36,061 nucleotides of DNA from Candidatus Methanomethylophilaceae archaeon (GTDB taxonomy: Archaea; Thermoplasmatota; Thermoplasmata; Methanomassiliicoccales; Methanomethylophilaceae), in contig SKHQ01000099.1 in assembly GCA_007116915.1 (NCBI GenBank), positions 1-36,061 on the forward strand, given 5' to 3'. How positions within the stretch are numbered: the stretch's first letter is position 1; the number at the start of each line of letters is the position of its first letter. The notes under the pieces are model-generated. The model saw nothing but the letters and a program-made list of their open reading frames with translations, did no database searches and was not told where the DNA came from. Position numbers and translations under genes: made by a program. Positions 35,978 to 36,061 of this stretch are shown here, piece after piece.

Positions 35978-35998
35978 GGGCGGGCCTAGAGCCCGCCC
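35978..35998 (-). terminator. GC-rich perfect hairpin at the end of a partial upstream gene
   Basis: The hairpin is GGGCGGGC-CTAGA-GCCCGCCC, an 8-bp G/C stem. The TAG stop of the partial minus-strand ORF lies in the loop. A terminator or stability role is inferred only. Confidence 0.3.
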
Positions 35999-36061
35999 TT
36001 CCTCCGCCCGTACAGGAAGAACGCCAATAGCACAACGGTGGAGACCGGGAGACCGATCACC
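35986..36061 (-). CDS. Partial CDS (C-terminal 24 aa: TM helix + basic tail), continues beyond the window
   Basis: Manual translation gives VIGLPVSTVVLLAFFLYGRRKGGL*, a C-terminal membrane-anchor pattern similar to that of the 28268-28648 product. Confidence 0.3.
   Translation of the reverse strand, partial: VIGLPVSTVVLLAFFLYGRRKGGL

Noticed and set aside
1-36061. CRISPR arrays, tRNA/rRNA genes, transposases, integrases, prophage genes, and in-frame TAG (pyrrolysine) read-through candidates
   Set aside because: I saw no regularly spaced short repeats and no tRNA-like or rRNA-like stretches in the intergenic regions. No recombinase or transposase motifs were seen in any ORF. No methylamine methyltransferase-like ORF is interrupted by TAG, and TAG appears as an ordinary stop (for example at 9845-9847, 19037-19039 and 19453-19455).

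Overview
This is a densely coding 36 kb chromosomal window with about 40 genes, short or overlapping gene junctions, and several ATGA start/stop overlaps. The gene content looks archaeal. It includes an MtaA/MtbA-like URO-D family methyltransferase, an orphan MtrH-like methyltransferase, TrkAH, CrcB and HisD, and A/T-rich TATA-like boxes sit about 25-30 nt upstream of several start codons. I infer a methyl-reducing methanogen of the Methanomassiliicoccales/Thermoplasmatota type, but I cannot prove this from the window alone. I found no rRNA, tRNA, CRISPR array, transposase or integrase. Six things stand out. (1) An AddAB-like helicase-nuclease operon (12420-17893, minus strand) is bracketed by two paralogous DnaQ-like DEDDh exonuclease genes, and the second has lost its catalytic residues. 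(2) A compact two-gene ABC-ATPase + DUF4435/TOPRIM module (22412-24308) resembles PARIS (AriA/AriB) or AbiL-type defence systems. (3) Two diverged copies of a ~161-nt element with complementary termini and conserved internal blocks flank a small secreted-protein gene (4118-5122); it could be a structured RNA or a MITE. (4) A translationally coupled four-gene operon (30800-33015) encodes a CxCC G3E (COG0523-like) GTPase, a separate CobW_C-like protein, a 73-80 aa protein and an orphan MtrH-like methyltransferase. (5) A 59-aa rubredoxin gene is missing from the ORF track and lies divergent to a rubredoxin-fused glutamate-synthase FMN-domain protein. (6) Bacterial-type DNA-repair genes (SRAP, ExoVII XseAB, AddAB-like) are unusually concentrated for an archaeal context. 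All family calls come from motif recognition by eye; no database search was run.
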